The notes beneath the pieces were generated by a model. That model saw only the letters and a program-made list of their open reading frames with translations, was not told the DNA's origin and ran no database searches. The translations under genes were made by a program, and so were the position numbers. A stretch of DNA of 64,000 nucleotides from Lingula anatina (taxonomy: Eukaryota; Animalia; Brachiopoda), in contig CM120644.1 in assembly GCA_051362555.1 (NCBI GenBank), positions 20,668,534-20,732,533 on the forward strand, read 5' to 3'. The number at the start of each line of letters is the position of its first letter. The first letter of the stretch is position 1. This document shows, in pieces, positions 40,701 to 53,084 of this stretch.

Positions 40701-43380
40701 AATGTGTCTGTATATATTCTGGTCACTGTCTATGTCTTTATTGTTGCTGTATGTGTTTATTATAATATAATAATATATATTTTGATCACTGTGTTATGTC
40801 TGTGTTGTAACTACTGTATGTGTCTACATATATATTTTTATTGATGATGTATTATCTGTTTTCTGTAGAGATGAAGGTGTGTTTCCTGGATTATCATCAC
40901 ACTGAGGACAACTGAACTGATCTCAACCTAGCAGCCTCAGCACAGGTCAGTGCAACTTTGATATTGCCATACCAATGATTCTGTTCAATCACAATGTGAC
41001 CATTGCCACTATATGCTGTACCTAAGAAATTATGATTTTGGAAAAGGATCACTTAGATCCCACTCAGTTTTATATATGTATGTTCAAGGTGACAAGGGTT
41101 AATATGAAATGTCACGAGTTGGGGGGGGGGGGGGGGGGTTCGCTTAGCAAAAATCTTGATATAGCCAAAATTTTATGCATACATTCTGTTGCCTGTGCAT
41201 TGTCTGTGATGACATTGAATGTTATTGTATATATTCTGGTCACTGTCTTTATCTTTATTGTTGCTGTATGTGTTAATTATAATATAATAATATATACGTA
41301 TTTTGATCACTGTGTTATGTCTGTGTTGTAACTACTGTATGTGTCTACATATATATTTTTATTGATGATGTATTATCTGTTTTCAGTAGAGATGAAGGTG
41401 TGTTTCCTGGATTATCATCACACTGAGGACAACTGAACTGATCTCAACCTAGCAGCCTCAGCACAGGTCAGTGCAACTTTGATATTGCCATACCAATGAT
41501 TCTGTTCAATCACAATGTGACCATTGCCACTATATGCTGTACCTAAGAAATTATGATTTTGGAAAAGGATCACTTAGATCCCACTCAGTTTTATATATGT
41601 ATGTTCAAGGTGACAAGGGTTAATATGAAATGTCACGAGTTGGGGGGGGGGGGGGTTCGCTTAGCAAAAATCTTGATATAGCCAAAATTTTATGCATACA
41701 TTCTGTTGCCTGTGCATTGTCTGTGATGACATTGAATGTTATTGTATATATTCTGGTCACTGTCTTTATCTTTATTGTTGCTGTATGTGTTAATTATAAT
41801 ATAATAATATATACGTATTTTGATCACTGTGTTATGTCTGTGTTGTAACTACTGTATGTGTCTACATATATATTTTTATTGATGATGTATTATCTGTTTT
41901 CAGTAGAGATGAAGGTGTGTTTCTTGGATTATCATCACACTGAGGACAACTGAACTGATCTCAACCTAGCAGCCTCAGCACAGGTCAGTGCAACTATGAT
42001 ATTGCCATACTGATGATTCTGTTCAATCGCATTGTGACCATTGCCACTATATGTTGTACCTAAGAAATTATCATTTTGGAAAAGGATCACTTAGATCCCT
42101 CTCAGTTTTATATATGTTCAAGGTGACAAGGGTTAATGTGAGCTGTCAGGAGTTGGGGAGGGGGTGGGGTTCGCTTAGCAAAAATCTTGATATAGCCAAA
42201 GTTTTATGTATACATTCTGATGCCTGTGCATTGTCTGTGATGACATTGAATGTGTCTGTGTATATTCTGGTCACTGTCTATGTCTTTATTAAAGCTGTAA
42301 TCAAATCTAGTTCTGCAACCTTACATCATCAGCCAAAAAAGGTCGGTGCAGTAATGATATTGCTACACTGATGATTCTCTTCAATCCCATTTTGACCATC
42401 ACTATATGTTGTAACTGAGAAATTAACATTTGTAAATGTGTCACTTAAATCCAAACCAGTTTTAAATATGTTCGAGGTGACGGGTTAGTGTGAACTGTCA
42501 GGAGTTGGGGGAGGGGGGGTTCGCTCAGCAAAAATTTTGATATAGACAAAATTTTATGTATATATCTTGATGCTTGTGCATTGTCGCTTGAGACATTGAA
42601 TGTGTCTGTATATATTCTGATCACTGTGTATATCTTTATTGTTGCTGTATGTGTTAATTATAATATAATAATATATATTTTGATCACTGTGTTATGTCTG
42701 TGTTGTAACTACTGTATGTGTCTACATATATATTTTTATTGATGATGTATTATCTGTTTTCAGTAGAGATGAAGGTGTGTTTCTTGGATTATCATCACAC
42801 TGAGGACAACTGAACTGATCTCAACCTAGCAGCCTCAGCACAGGTCAGTGCAACTATGATATTGCCATAGCGATGATTCTGTTCAATCGCAAAGTGACCA
42901 TTGCCACTATATGTTGTACCTAAGAAATTATCATTTTAGAAAAGGATCACTTAGATCCCACTCAGTTTTATATATGTTCAAGGTGACAAGGGTTAATGTG
43001 AAATGTCACGAGTTGGGGGGATTGTTCGCTTCGCAAAAATCTTGATATAGCCAAAATTTTATGCATACATTCTGTTGCCTGTGCATTGTCTGTGATGACA
43101 TTGAATGTGTCTGTATATATTCTGGTCACTGTCTATGTCTTTATTGTTGCTGTATGTGTTTATTATAATATAATAATATATATTTTGATCACTGTGTTAT
43201 GTCTGTGTTGTAACTACTGTATGTGTCTACATATATATTTTTATTGATGATGTATTATCTGTTTTCAGTAGAGATGAAGGTGTGTTTCCTAGATTATCAT
43301 CACACTGAGGACAACTGAACTGATCTCAACCTAGCAGCCTCAGCACAGGTCAGTGCAACTATGATATTTCCATACCGATG
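34780..43380 (+). repeat. Higher-order duplication with offset 5,166 bp (5,683 bp after one extra 517-bp monomer)
   Basis: Identical ORF pairs 34,932/40,098, 35,448/40,614, 35,866/41,032 and 36,368/42,051. Shared rare variants (aaaaagctt, ttttctgtag, gtcggtg). Confidence 0.9.
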
Positions 43381-44463
43381 ATTCTGTTCAATCGCAAAGT
43401 GACCATTGCCACTATATGTTGTACCTAAGAAATTATCATTTTGGAAAAGGATCACTTAGATCCCACTCAGTTTTATATATGTTCAAGGTAACAAGGGTTA
43501 ATGTGAACTGTCATTAGTTGGCGAGGGGGGGTGGGGGGGTTCGCTTATCAAAGATATTGATATAGCCAAAATTTTATGTATACATTCTGATGCCTTTGCA
43601 TTGTCTGTGATGACATTGAATGTGTCTGTATATATTGTGGTCACTGTCTATGTCTTCAATCCCATTTTGACCCTCACTATATGTTGTAACTGAGAAATTA
43701 ACATTTGTAAATGGGTCACTTAAATCCAAACCAGTTTTAAATATGTTCGAGGTGATGGGTTAGTGTGAACTGTCAGAAGTTGGGGGAGGGGGGGGGGGGT
43801 TCGCTCAGCAAAAATTTTGATATAGACAAAATTTCATGTATATATCTTGATGCTTGTGCATTGTTGCTTGAGACATTGAATGTGTCTGTATATATTCTGA
43901 TCACTGTGTATATCTTTATTGTTGCTGTATGTGTTAATTATAATATAAAAATATATTTTGATCACTTTGTTATGTTTGTGTTGTAAATACTGTATGTGTT
44001 TACATATATATTTTTATTGATGATGTATTATCTGTTTTCAGTAGAGATGAAGGTGTGTTTCCTAGATTATCATCACACTGAGGACAACTGAACTGATCTC
44101 AACCTAGCAGCCTCAGCACAGGTCAGTGCAACTATGATATTGCCATACCGATTATTCTGTTCAATCGCAATGTGACCATTGCCACTATATGCTGTACCTA
44201 AGAAATTATGATTTTGGAAAAGGAACACTTAGATCCCACTCAGTTTTATATATGTTCAAGGTAACAAGGGTTAATATGAAATGTCACGAGTTGGGGGGAT
44301 TGTTCGCTTCACAAAAATCTTGATATAGCCAAAATTTTATGCATACATTCTGTTGCCTGTGCATTGTCTGTGATGACATTGAATGTGTCTGTATATATTC
44401 TGGTCACTGTCTATGTCTTTATTGTTGCTGTATGTGTTCATTATATTTTGATCACTGTGTTAT

Positions 44464-47400
44464 CCCAGATAGCAAGCATACGTTGGGCCAACGTAGGGGA
44501 ATCGTTGGTTTGTTGGCACATAGTTGGCGTTGGTAGTAATACGTTGGCCCAACGTTGGCCCAACCACATCATAATATGCACAACATAACTGCAATATGCT
44601 CACGTTGGCCCAACGTTGGGCCAACGTATGCATATTTATTGCATACGTTGGCCTAACGTTGGGCCAACGTATCCAAATAACAACTCAATAGAAATGAATA
44701 ATGTTTCTGTTATAATAAAAATGTTTCTGTTCACAACTGAGAATCACATGTGCTTATAAATATCTATTGATCAGTAACATACAGTTTTTAGGATTAAAAA
44801 AAATAATTTTTTTTAATGAAGAGTTTGTCAAATTCCTTGGGTTTAAAAACAGTTTTCTGCTTTTATTTGTCTTCCAAGCTATATACTCTCATATATAGTA
44901 CATAGACTTCACCTATAAAAAAATAACTGAGTGAACAGATTTATATTTTTAAATAATGCTGTGAAACATATGTATTATTATTGCTATTATTATTATTGTT
45001 ATTGAAATCAGAAAAATGATTGAAATCTTATTATAATGTACAATTGCACAATATATAAATTTTAAACTTTATAGTTAGCATCAATTGACTTTTGATTAAA
45101 GTAAACCAGTAACTTTCACTGGACCAGATTCATTACAAGCCAGGTGTTTATCTTAACTGTCAGTTTGATATAAACAGTTTGCCTACTGCCTGCTCAAACA
45201 GGTCAAATAACTATGCATAGCACAGTACGTCTTAAGCGCGCAGCCGTTGAGCCAATTCAAAAATTTAAGCCAGAAGGTCAGAAATGCTCTAAGGAAGAGG
45301 CAAGAATTAAGACTGAAAGCATTGATTTCTGGATATAAAAAGAAGATATCTTTTTGGAAATTAGAAAAGGAAGAGATAAAGAGACAGGATAAGAAGTGAG
45401 CATGAAATGGTAAGTGACTTTTTAATTGTGTATTTTCCCATTATTTACTGATGCACCAGGATCCATACAGCCTTGAAAAGTGTTCAAATTTAGTCCAGCA
45501 CTTTGGACTAGTTTTAATGTAACTAGTTTAAATGTAACTTTGAAAAGTACTTGAAAATGCTATTAGGCTTGAAAAAGGTTTGCACTTCAGCATTTTGTCT
45601 TTGTAAAAATATTATTTAAAACTTTGTAGTTTATTGACATGAATACAGACAATAATTCACAGATGGGGGTATACCTTAAGTTTTAATACATCATAACTTG
45701 TACTTTTATTTTCAACTTTTCATCATCAATGTGTTACAAAGACAAAGTTAAAATGAAATGAGTCCTTTTTCCTTTGGTATGTACACTTTAAAATAACTGT
45801 ATTAATGTATAACTTGCCCTCATTAGTTAAAAATCATTGAAAATGATTTGAATTAGAGCCTTAAAAGTCCTTGGAAACCAATTGTTCTTATGGGTCTGTA
45901 TGAATCCTGGCCAGTAAATTCTGTGATAGAGTTGTTGGAATGATTAAATGATGTGGAATTTAGTGGTACATTACAGTTGTCTAAAAATTGAATTCATGCA
46001 TGGTCAAGTGTACACGTAAGAAGTAATTTAAATAAATCACTATAAATTACTGCACACAAGACACACTTTTATAGTTAAGATTTTGGCTGTTGCCTAACTT
46101 ACATGTAGAAAAGGTGGGGAGATTATCATATAATACACACCTACTAGTACTAGTTTGTATATGAAAACAGTGATGGGGGAAGAGGTACAGTCATGTTATG
46201 CACCATACCAATTCTAGCATTATATTTCAAGTGTTTTTAATATTTAAATTTGTAGGTGCAGCACACTCTTCTGTGACTGGTTAGACAAATATATTGAGGA
46301 TACATCCAACTAATTGTGCTTTGCCAAAGATCACACAGGTGCCTGCAGGGCAGGAAAGAGAGAAAAAACACAAAGATTGAACTCATATGACCACTGACTT
46401 GATTTTTAAAGAGACAATGTCTGAGATTTTGCCTGAAGGAAGAGACTGTGATTTTATAGACTTGACATATAACTTATGAAAAGCATCTTACCTGACATTG
46501 ACAAGGGTTTCTGGTTTAAATTTTGATTTAATGAAAATATTTTTAAAAATTGAAATGAGGCAAAAAAGACTACTAGTAGAAAAATGCCTTGACTCCACAA
46601 ATAAGGTGATAAGTCATAGGACTGTAATATTTTTTCTTGATGTGAATCATGTAACAATTGATATAAGACACACTTATTAATGTTTAAATTTAATATTATA
46701 GTATCTTATAAAATTTTTCTTTGTTGTCTTTTTGTATTATATTTCAATTCACATATCATTATTTAGTTGGTATAAGGTATTTGTTTTATGTAATGTTATG
46801 AATTAATTAAACAGTTCAAAACATATCACTAATCTTTTTGTTTCAACCACAATTATTAATTGACAATTTTCCAGGTGTAGTGTAAATGATCACAGGCAGA
46901 TCAAGTCCTCTGAAGGATTCATCCCTTAGAAAGCTTTCTAATTTTTCAGTCATATCTTGCAGTTTGCAGATTTCAGATGCTCAAGATATTTCATCAGGAC
47001 ATTGATCTGCCTATGCATCAGACGTGTAATTACAGTGCCCTACTACCTATGTGATTCCAAAAAAGTTATTTTGCCTTCAGCTCAATGTTGGGTCACTGTA
47101 AATCACCGTGCCCCTGGTTTTAGGTTGGGTCATAATTTGTTGTGCAAATTGCAGATGACTTGGTGACCAGTTGGCCTACCGTTGGGCCAACGCGGATGCA
47201 TTGTTGGTTTGAGGTTGGGTAATTGTTGGACTGATGTTGGTTATTAGTAGAACCAACGTAAATGCACTGTTGGTTACAGGTTGGGGAATTGTTGGACTAA
47301 TGTTGGTTATTAGTTGGCCCAATGTAGGGCCAATGCAGTTTGGTTGGGTAATTGTTGGACTGATGTTGGTTACAGGTTGGGAAATTGTTGGCCCAATGTT

Positions 47401-47598
47401 GGTTATTAGTTGGCCCAATGTAGGGCCAACGCAGTTTGGTTGGGAATACGTTGGCAATGCGTTGGCATTCAAAAGACTTTCAGCCAACCGTTGGCCAAAG
47501 TGAGCACTTAGATGGAAACCCAACGTTGGGCCAACGTTGCACGGTCAACCAAGGCAACGTTGGGCCAACGTTGGCCCAACGTATGCTTGCTATCTGGG
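44464..47598. mobile_element. 3.1-kb non-autonomous CMC/EnSpm-like DNA transposon
   Basis: Perfect TIR CCCAGATAGCAAGCATACGTTGGGCCAACG. 2-bp TSD AT against the empty site gtgttATgtctg. Many subterminal quasi-palindromes ACGTTGGSCCAACGT at both ends. Confidence 0.85.
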
Positions 47599-50074
47599 AT
47601 GTCTGTGTTGTAACTACTGTATGTGTCTACATATATATTTTTATTGATGATGTATTATCTGTTTTCAGTAGAGATGAAGGTGTGTTTCCTGGATTATCAT
47701 CACACTGAGGACAACTGAACTGATCTCAACCTAGCAGCCTCAGCACAGGTCAGTGCAACTATGATATTGCCATACCGATGATTCTGTTCAATCACAATGT
47801 GACCATTGCCACTATATGTTGTACCTAAGAAATTATTATTTTGGAAAAGGATCACTTAGATCCCACTCAGTTTTATATATGTTCAAGGTAACAAGGGTTA
47901 ATGTGAGCTGTCAGGAGTTGGGGGGGGGGGGGGTTTCGCTTAGCAAAAATCTTGATATAGCCAAAATTTTATGTATACATTCTGATGCCTGTGCATTGTC
48001 TGGGATGACATTGAATGTGTCTGTATATATTCTGGTCACTGTCTATGTCTTTATTAAAGCTGTAATCAAATCTAGTTCTGCAACCTTACATCATCAGTGA
48101 AAAAAGGTCAGTGCAGTAATGATATTGCTACACTGGTGATTCTCTTCAATCCCAGTTTGACCATCACTATATGTTGTAACTGAGAAATTAACTTTTGTAA
48201 AAGGGTCACTTAAATCCAAACCAGTTTTAAATATGTTCGAGGTGACGGGTTAGTGTGAACTGTCAGGAGTTGGGGGAGGGGGGGGGGCTTCGCTCAGCAA
48301 AAATTTTGATATAGACAAAATTTCATGTATATATCTTGATGCTTGTGCATTGTCGCTTGAGACATTGAATGTGTCTGTATATATTCTGATCACTGTGTAT
48401 ATCTTTATTGTTGCTGTATGTGTTAATTATAATATAAAAATATATTTTGATCACTGTGTTATGTTTGTGTTGTAAATACTGTATGTGTCTACATATATAT
48501 TTTTATTGATGATGTATTATCTGTTTTCAGTAGAGATGATGGTGTGTTTCCTAGATTATCATCACACTGAGGACAACTGAACTGATCTCAACCTAGCAGC
48601 CTCAGCACAGGTCAGTGCAACTATGATATTGCCATACCGATTATTCTGTTCAATCGCAATGTGACCATTGCCACTATATGCTGTACCTAAGAAATTATGA
48701 TTTTGGAAAAGGAACACTTAGATCCCACTCAGTTTTATATATGTTCAAGGTAACAAGGGTTAATATGAAATGTCACGAGTTGGGGGGATTGTTCGCTTCG
48801 CAAAAATCTTGATATAGCCAAAATTTTATGCATACATTCTGTTGCCTGTGCATTGTCTGTGATGACATTGAATGTGTCTGTATATATTCTGGTCACTGTC
48901 TATGTCTTTATTGTTGCTGTATGTGTTCATTATATTTTGATCACTGTGTTATGTCTGTGTTGTAACTACTGTATGTGTCTACATATATATTTTTATTGAT
49001 GATGTATTATCTGTTTTCAGTAGAGATGAAGGTGTGTTTCCTGGATTATCATCACACTGAGGACAACTGAACTGATCTCAACCTAGCAGCCTCAGCACAG
49101 GTCAGTGCAACTATGATATTGCCATACCGATGATTCTGTTCAATCACAATGTGACCATTGCCACTATATGTTGTACCTAAGAAATTATTATTTTGGAAAA
49201 GGATCACTTAGATATCCCACTCAGTTTTATATATGTTCAAGGTAACAAGGGTTAATGTGAGCTGTCAGGAGTTGGGGGGGGGGGGTTTCGCTTAGCAAAA
49301 ATCTTGATATAGCCAAAATTTTATGTATACATTCTGATGCCTGTGCATTGTCTGGGATGACATTGAATGTGTCTGTATATATTCTGGTCACTGTCTATGT
49401 CTTTATTAAAGCTGTAATCAAATCTAGTTCTGCAACCTTACATCATCAGTGAAAAAAGGTCAGTGCAGTAATGATATTGCTACACTGGTGATTCTTTTCA
49501 ATCCCATTTTGACCATCACTATATGTTGTAACTGAGAAATTAACATTTGTAAAAGGGTCACTTAAATTCAAACCAGTTTTAAATATGTTCGAGGTGACGG
49601 GTTAGTGTGAACTGTCAGGAGTTGGGGGAGGGGGGGGGGCTTTGCTCAGCAAAAATTTTGATATAGACAAAATTTCATGTATATATCTTGATGCTTGTGC
49701 ATTGTCGCTTGAGACATTGAATGTGTCTGTATATATTCTGATCACTGTGTATATCTTTATTGTTGCTGTATGTGTTAATTATAATATAATAATATATTTT
49801 GATCACTGTGTTATAACTGTGTTGTAACTACTGTATGTGTCTACATATATATTTTTATTGATGATGTATTATCTGTTTTCAGTAGAGATGAAGGTGTGTT
49901 TCCTGGATTATCATCACACTGAGGACAGCTGAACTGATCTCAATCTCACAGCTTCAGCACAGGTCAGTGCAACAATGATATTGTCATACTGATGATTCTT
50001 TTTAATCATATTGTGACCATGCATTGTCTGTTGTGACATTGAATTAGTCTGTATGTATATTGATCATTGTCTAT

Positions 50075-50268
50075 GACCCCATTCCCAGAGATTAGATCGA
50101 CCCAACTAGATCAACCTCTCTGGGGGTTCATGCTAAATAGCTCTCAGCCGAGCGGGCACAAAAGTTAATTACCCCCCTTACAGCTTGTAGTAGGCAGGAC
50201 GGACATTTAAGCTGGATTATCTGACAGTAATCTAGTGAGACTCCCCACGGGGATAGATCGATCTAAAA
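50075..50268 (-). mobile_element. Diverged, inverted, end-truncated copy of the 215-bp MITE family
   Basis: Reverse-complement match to 2,368-2,582 (attatctgacagtaatctagtgagactcccc, gatagatcgatctaaaa), at a different position in the monomer. Confidence 0.85.
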
Positions 50269-50667
50269 CCTATGTCTTTATGTATGTTTTTATTTTAATA
50301 TAATAATATATTTTGGTCGCTGTAATTTCTGCGTTGATTATCTTCCTTAAATGCTTTTCATCAACTCCAAGTTCTTAGAAAATCCTTTTAAAAACCTTTT
50401 CTACAAGCAGTTATAAAATAAAAATGCCTGTGCATTTTCTGATCGTTATGCATTCCAAAATTTCCCAAACCAAAATAATATTAATTGGCCAATGTTTGAA
50501 TGTCTGTGATAATTTAGTGAGAGAACATCCGAGAAGGCGTTTTGTTAATTAACTTAGATAGTAGGATGACTGATTTTGTAGTCTTTGATCATTGTGTGGA
50601 TACATATAAATGAGCGAAAGATCAACTGGCTGTACAAGGTCCATGTACGGGCAGGTGAGACTCTACA

Positions 50668-51000
50668 GTGAAATGTTTAATACTTCCTTTGGGGCACAGG
50701 TTCCAGCAAGACAATGCGCCCATGCATACCAGCAGGTCGACAGCCACGTTCTTTGAACAGCACAACATCAACTGGTTCAAGACGCCCCCCGAGAGCCCTG
50801 ATTTGAACCCCATCGAGATGCTGTGGGCTGAACTGAAGTACTTAATCAGGAACTGGGCGGAACCAAGAACGAAAGATCAACTGGTGGTTGAAGAATTCTG
50901 GACCACCGTGGATCAGGCTAAGTGTGTTAAGTATATTAACCACATTCAGAAGGTAATGCCCGAAGTAATTCGTGTTGAAGGCAGAGCCACAGGTTATTAA
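50668..51000 (+). pseudogene. Tc1/IS630-type DD34E transposase C-terminal fragment
   Basis: FQQDNAPMH...TPPESPDLNPIEMLW with 34 residues between D and E, ending GRATGY*. No TIRs or N-terminus found. Confidence 0.88.
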
Positions 51001-52900
51001 GTTACTGCCCTGTCTGTCCAAGTATTTTTAGGCTTTGACTTTGTAAATATGTACAGTATTGTAAATGTGTTATTTTTATGTACTCTGAAGTGCCAAATAA
51101 ATGTGCCGGCACGTTTATTTTTTTCCTGGAAATTTTCCACCCGGCACGATCTTATTTTCCCAGCAGGATTAATAATTTTCCCCAAATTTTCCACACGGCA
51201 CGGTTATTTGGCAGTCACTGTGCCGGCTAGAAATATTGTTAATCGATTCTGAAATGTTGATGATCGTTTCATTGGACAAGTTACACTGTAATTTTTATAA
51301 ATGACATGTCGCAAGCACTACACTCGAACTTGTTTTTAGCGTAAATAAAAGACCAGTGTTTCCCCTGCATTTTAATTTGCAAGCTCCTTGCTCGAATTTG
51401 TCAAAAGCACCGCCTCGCTGGGTTGAATGGAACAACAAAGTATATTTTTACTCATGCTAACTAAAAATTATATTTATTTCTGAGCATATATGGCATTCTC
51501 TTTACATACTGTACGTAATCCCATGCTTCTGAGCACTTAATTTAGTAGTAGCGGAAATATGCATGCGCGTATGCCTAAAAATAACCAGCAGTTACTACCT
51601 CCCTGTGAGTGCCTTGTTTTCGCAGTTCTCTGCCTTATTTGAAGTATACGAGACAGAGCAAAACGAGACAACTGTTCTTGACAACATTTAGTCACTTGTC
51701 ACAAATACACTTTCTCTGTCACTTCAGGTTCTGAAAATTAGACCGCCTATTGTGTGTTTTTATAGTTTACGTATATTCACTGATAAAAATGGAGCAAATA
51801 AAGTGCACTTTGTTGATTTTATAAACTTGGAGAAGATTTTCTATTGATTTCAGGTTAGTTTTGTGAAAGCAGTAGAGTTGTAAAACTGGGTCACGTCAGT
51901 ATTTCCCGTGGAAAGCCATGCATTGCATATGAATTTCCATGACTGAATATAACCATATAAATGAACAAACGAAGAACTCAAATTGATGATAAATGTGATT
52001 TTTATCACTTTAATTCTGAAGAATTCATTTCACGGTGTTTGAAGTTGTTGATTATAAATTACATCTCAAACTACGTATAACTGGTAGTGGGAGTCGCTTT
52101 GCGCTGAACTAGGGGAGAGAGAACTTTTTTTGCGGCAGTTTTATTTAAGGATGAAGCCCTCCAACACGCAAAGTCAATTGACCAGTTACTTTCAGGAAGG
52201 TGAAAAATGGTAAGAACAACATATTTTACACAGCACAAAAACAAATCTTTCCAAATTTTCAGCCTCCGCGGAATGACGTCGGAACAGTGCAAGCTGGCCT
52301 TTACAATGCGCGACTGAATGACGTTTTTCCGCGCAGGAGTACCCCTTTCTCTTTTACACAGCCTTTCAACAGGCGTAATCTTGTTCATCTTTCTCGCGAC
52401 TGAACAACGTTTTTCCGCAGGGGTCCTGCCTTGGTATTATGGGATGGTTGTTATTGGATTGTGACTGACATTTAAGAACATGAGATTTCAATGGAACTGA
52501 AAGATTTATATTGTTAATTCCATTGAAAATTTCATTTTATTATCTTAGGTGCGCTACATGTATATACTGTCGAAAGGCGTGATCATCCCGATCATAAGAA
52601 CATCTCTCCTGAGGAAGCTTCCCCCGAGGGCTTATCATATTTTGTTATTCATCATTTCTCTTTGCTGATTTATCTCTAAAAGTTGTATTTGATCTATCAA
52701 ATCCAGTCCAATTCGTCTCAAAAACCATTTTAAATTAATACAGATTGCTTGGAAGCGATATCAAAGTCTATATTTAAAGCATGATCATTATTTCCATAAA
52801 ATTGCAATGAATTATAATGAATAAGACTTGGTCAAAGGCCATGCTGTTTGATTATTAAAAGTTTGGCCGCGGCCTTGAATAATGCAACTCTGGTTGCAGC

Positions 52901-53084
52901 TACCCTCTAGCAGGGTGAGTGATAGATTTTTTAACAGATATTCACAGATATGTCTCTAGCTAGATAGATGGTCATTTTCAGCTAAACTCATCTATCAGTT
53001 TAGCTGAAAATGACCATCTATCTAGCTAGAGACATATCCGTGAATATCTGTTAAAAAATCTATCACTCGCCCTGGTAGAGGGTA
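52901..53084. mobile_element. 184-bp fold-back MITE with 9-bp TSD (Mutator-like)
   Basis: 88-bp inverted arms (3 mismatches seen) around an 8-nt loop. GGTTGCAGC directly repeated at 52,892-52,900 and 53,085-53,093. Confidence 0.88.

Larger units (their letters stand above)
1..50070 (+). repeat. Large tandem array (satellite-like) of a ~510-bp AT-rich monomer, about 85 units, open at the left edge of the window
   Basis: The block ...ttttcagTAGAGATGAAGG...CAGCACAGgtcagt...ggatcacttagatcccactcag...G-tract... recurs at ~490-520 bp spacing. Manual count gives about 66 A units and 19 B units. The last unit (49,883-50,070) is visibly diverged. Confidence 0.98.

Noticed and set aside
47176-47708. 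ORFs with repeated GPT/QP or LVIG peptides
   Set aside because: They are translations of the transposon subterminal repeats on both strands.
113-49827. Dozens of 60-115-aa ORFs (MLYLRNY..., MLSKNF...) as a gene family
   Set aside because: They open and close with G-tract length, often use non-ATG starts, occur in different frames of the same DNA and have low-complexity I/V/C/Y composition. They are by-products of the repeat.
1-50070. CRISPR-like array (constant cassette plus variable spacers)
   Set aside because: Spacers are homologous to each other and ~430 bp long, there are no cas genes, and the context is eukaryotic.
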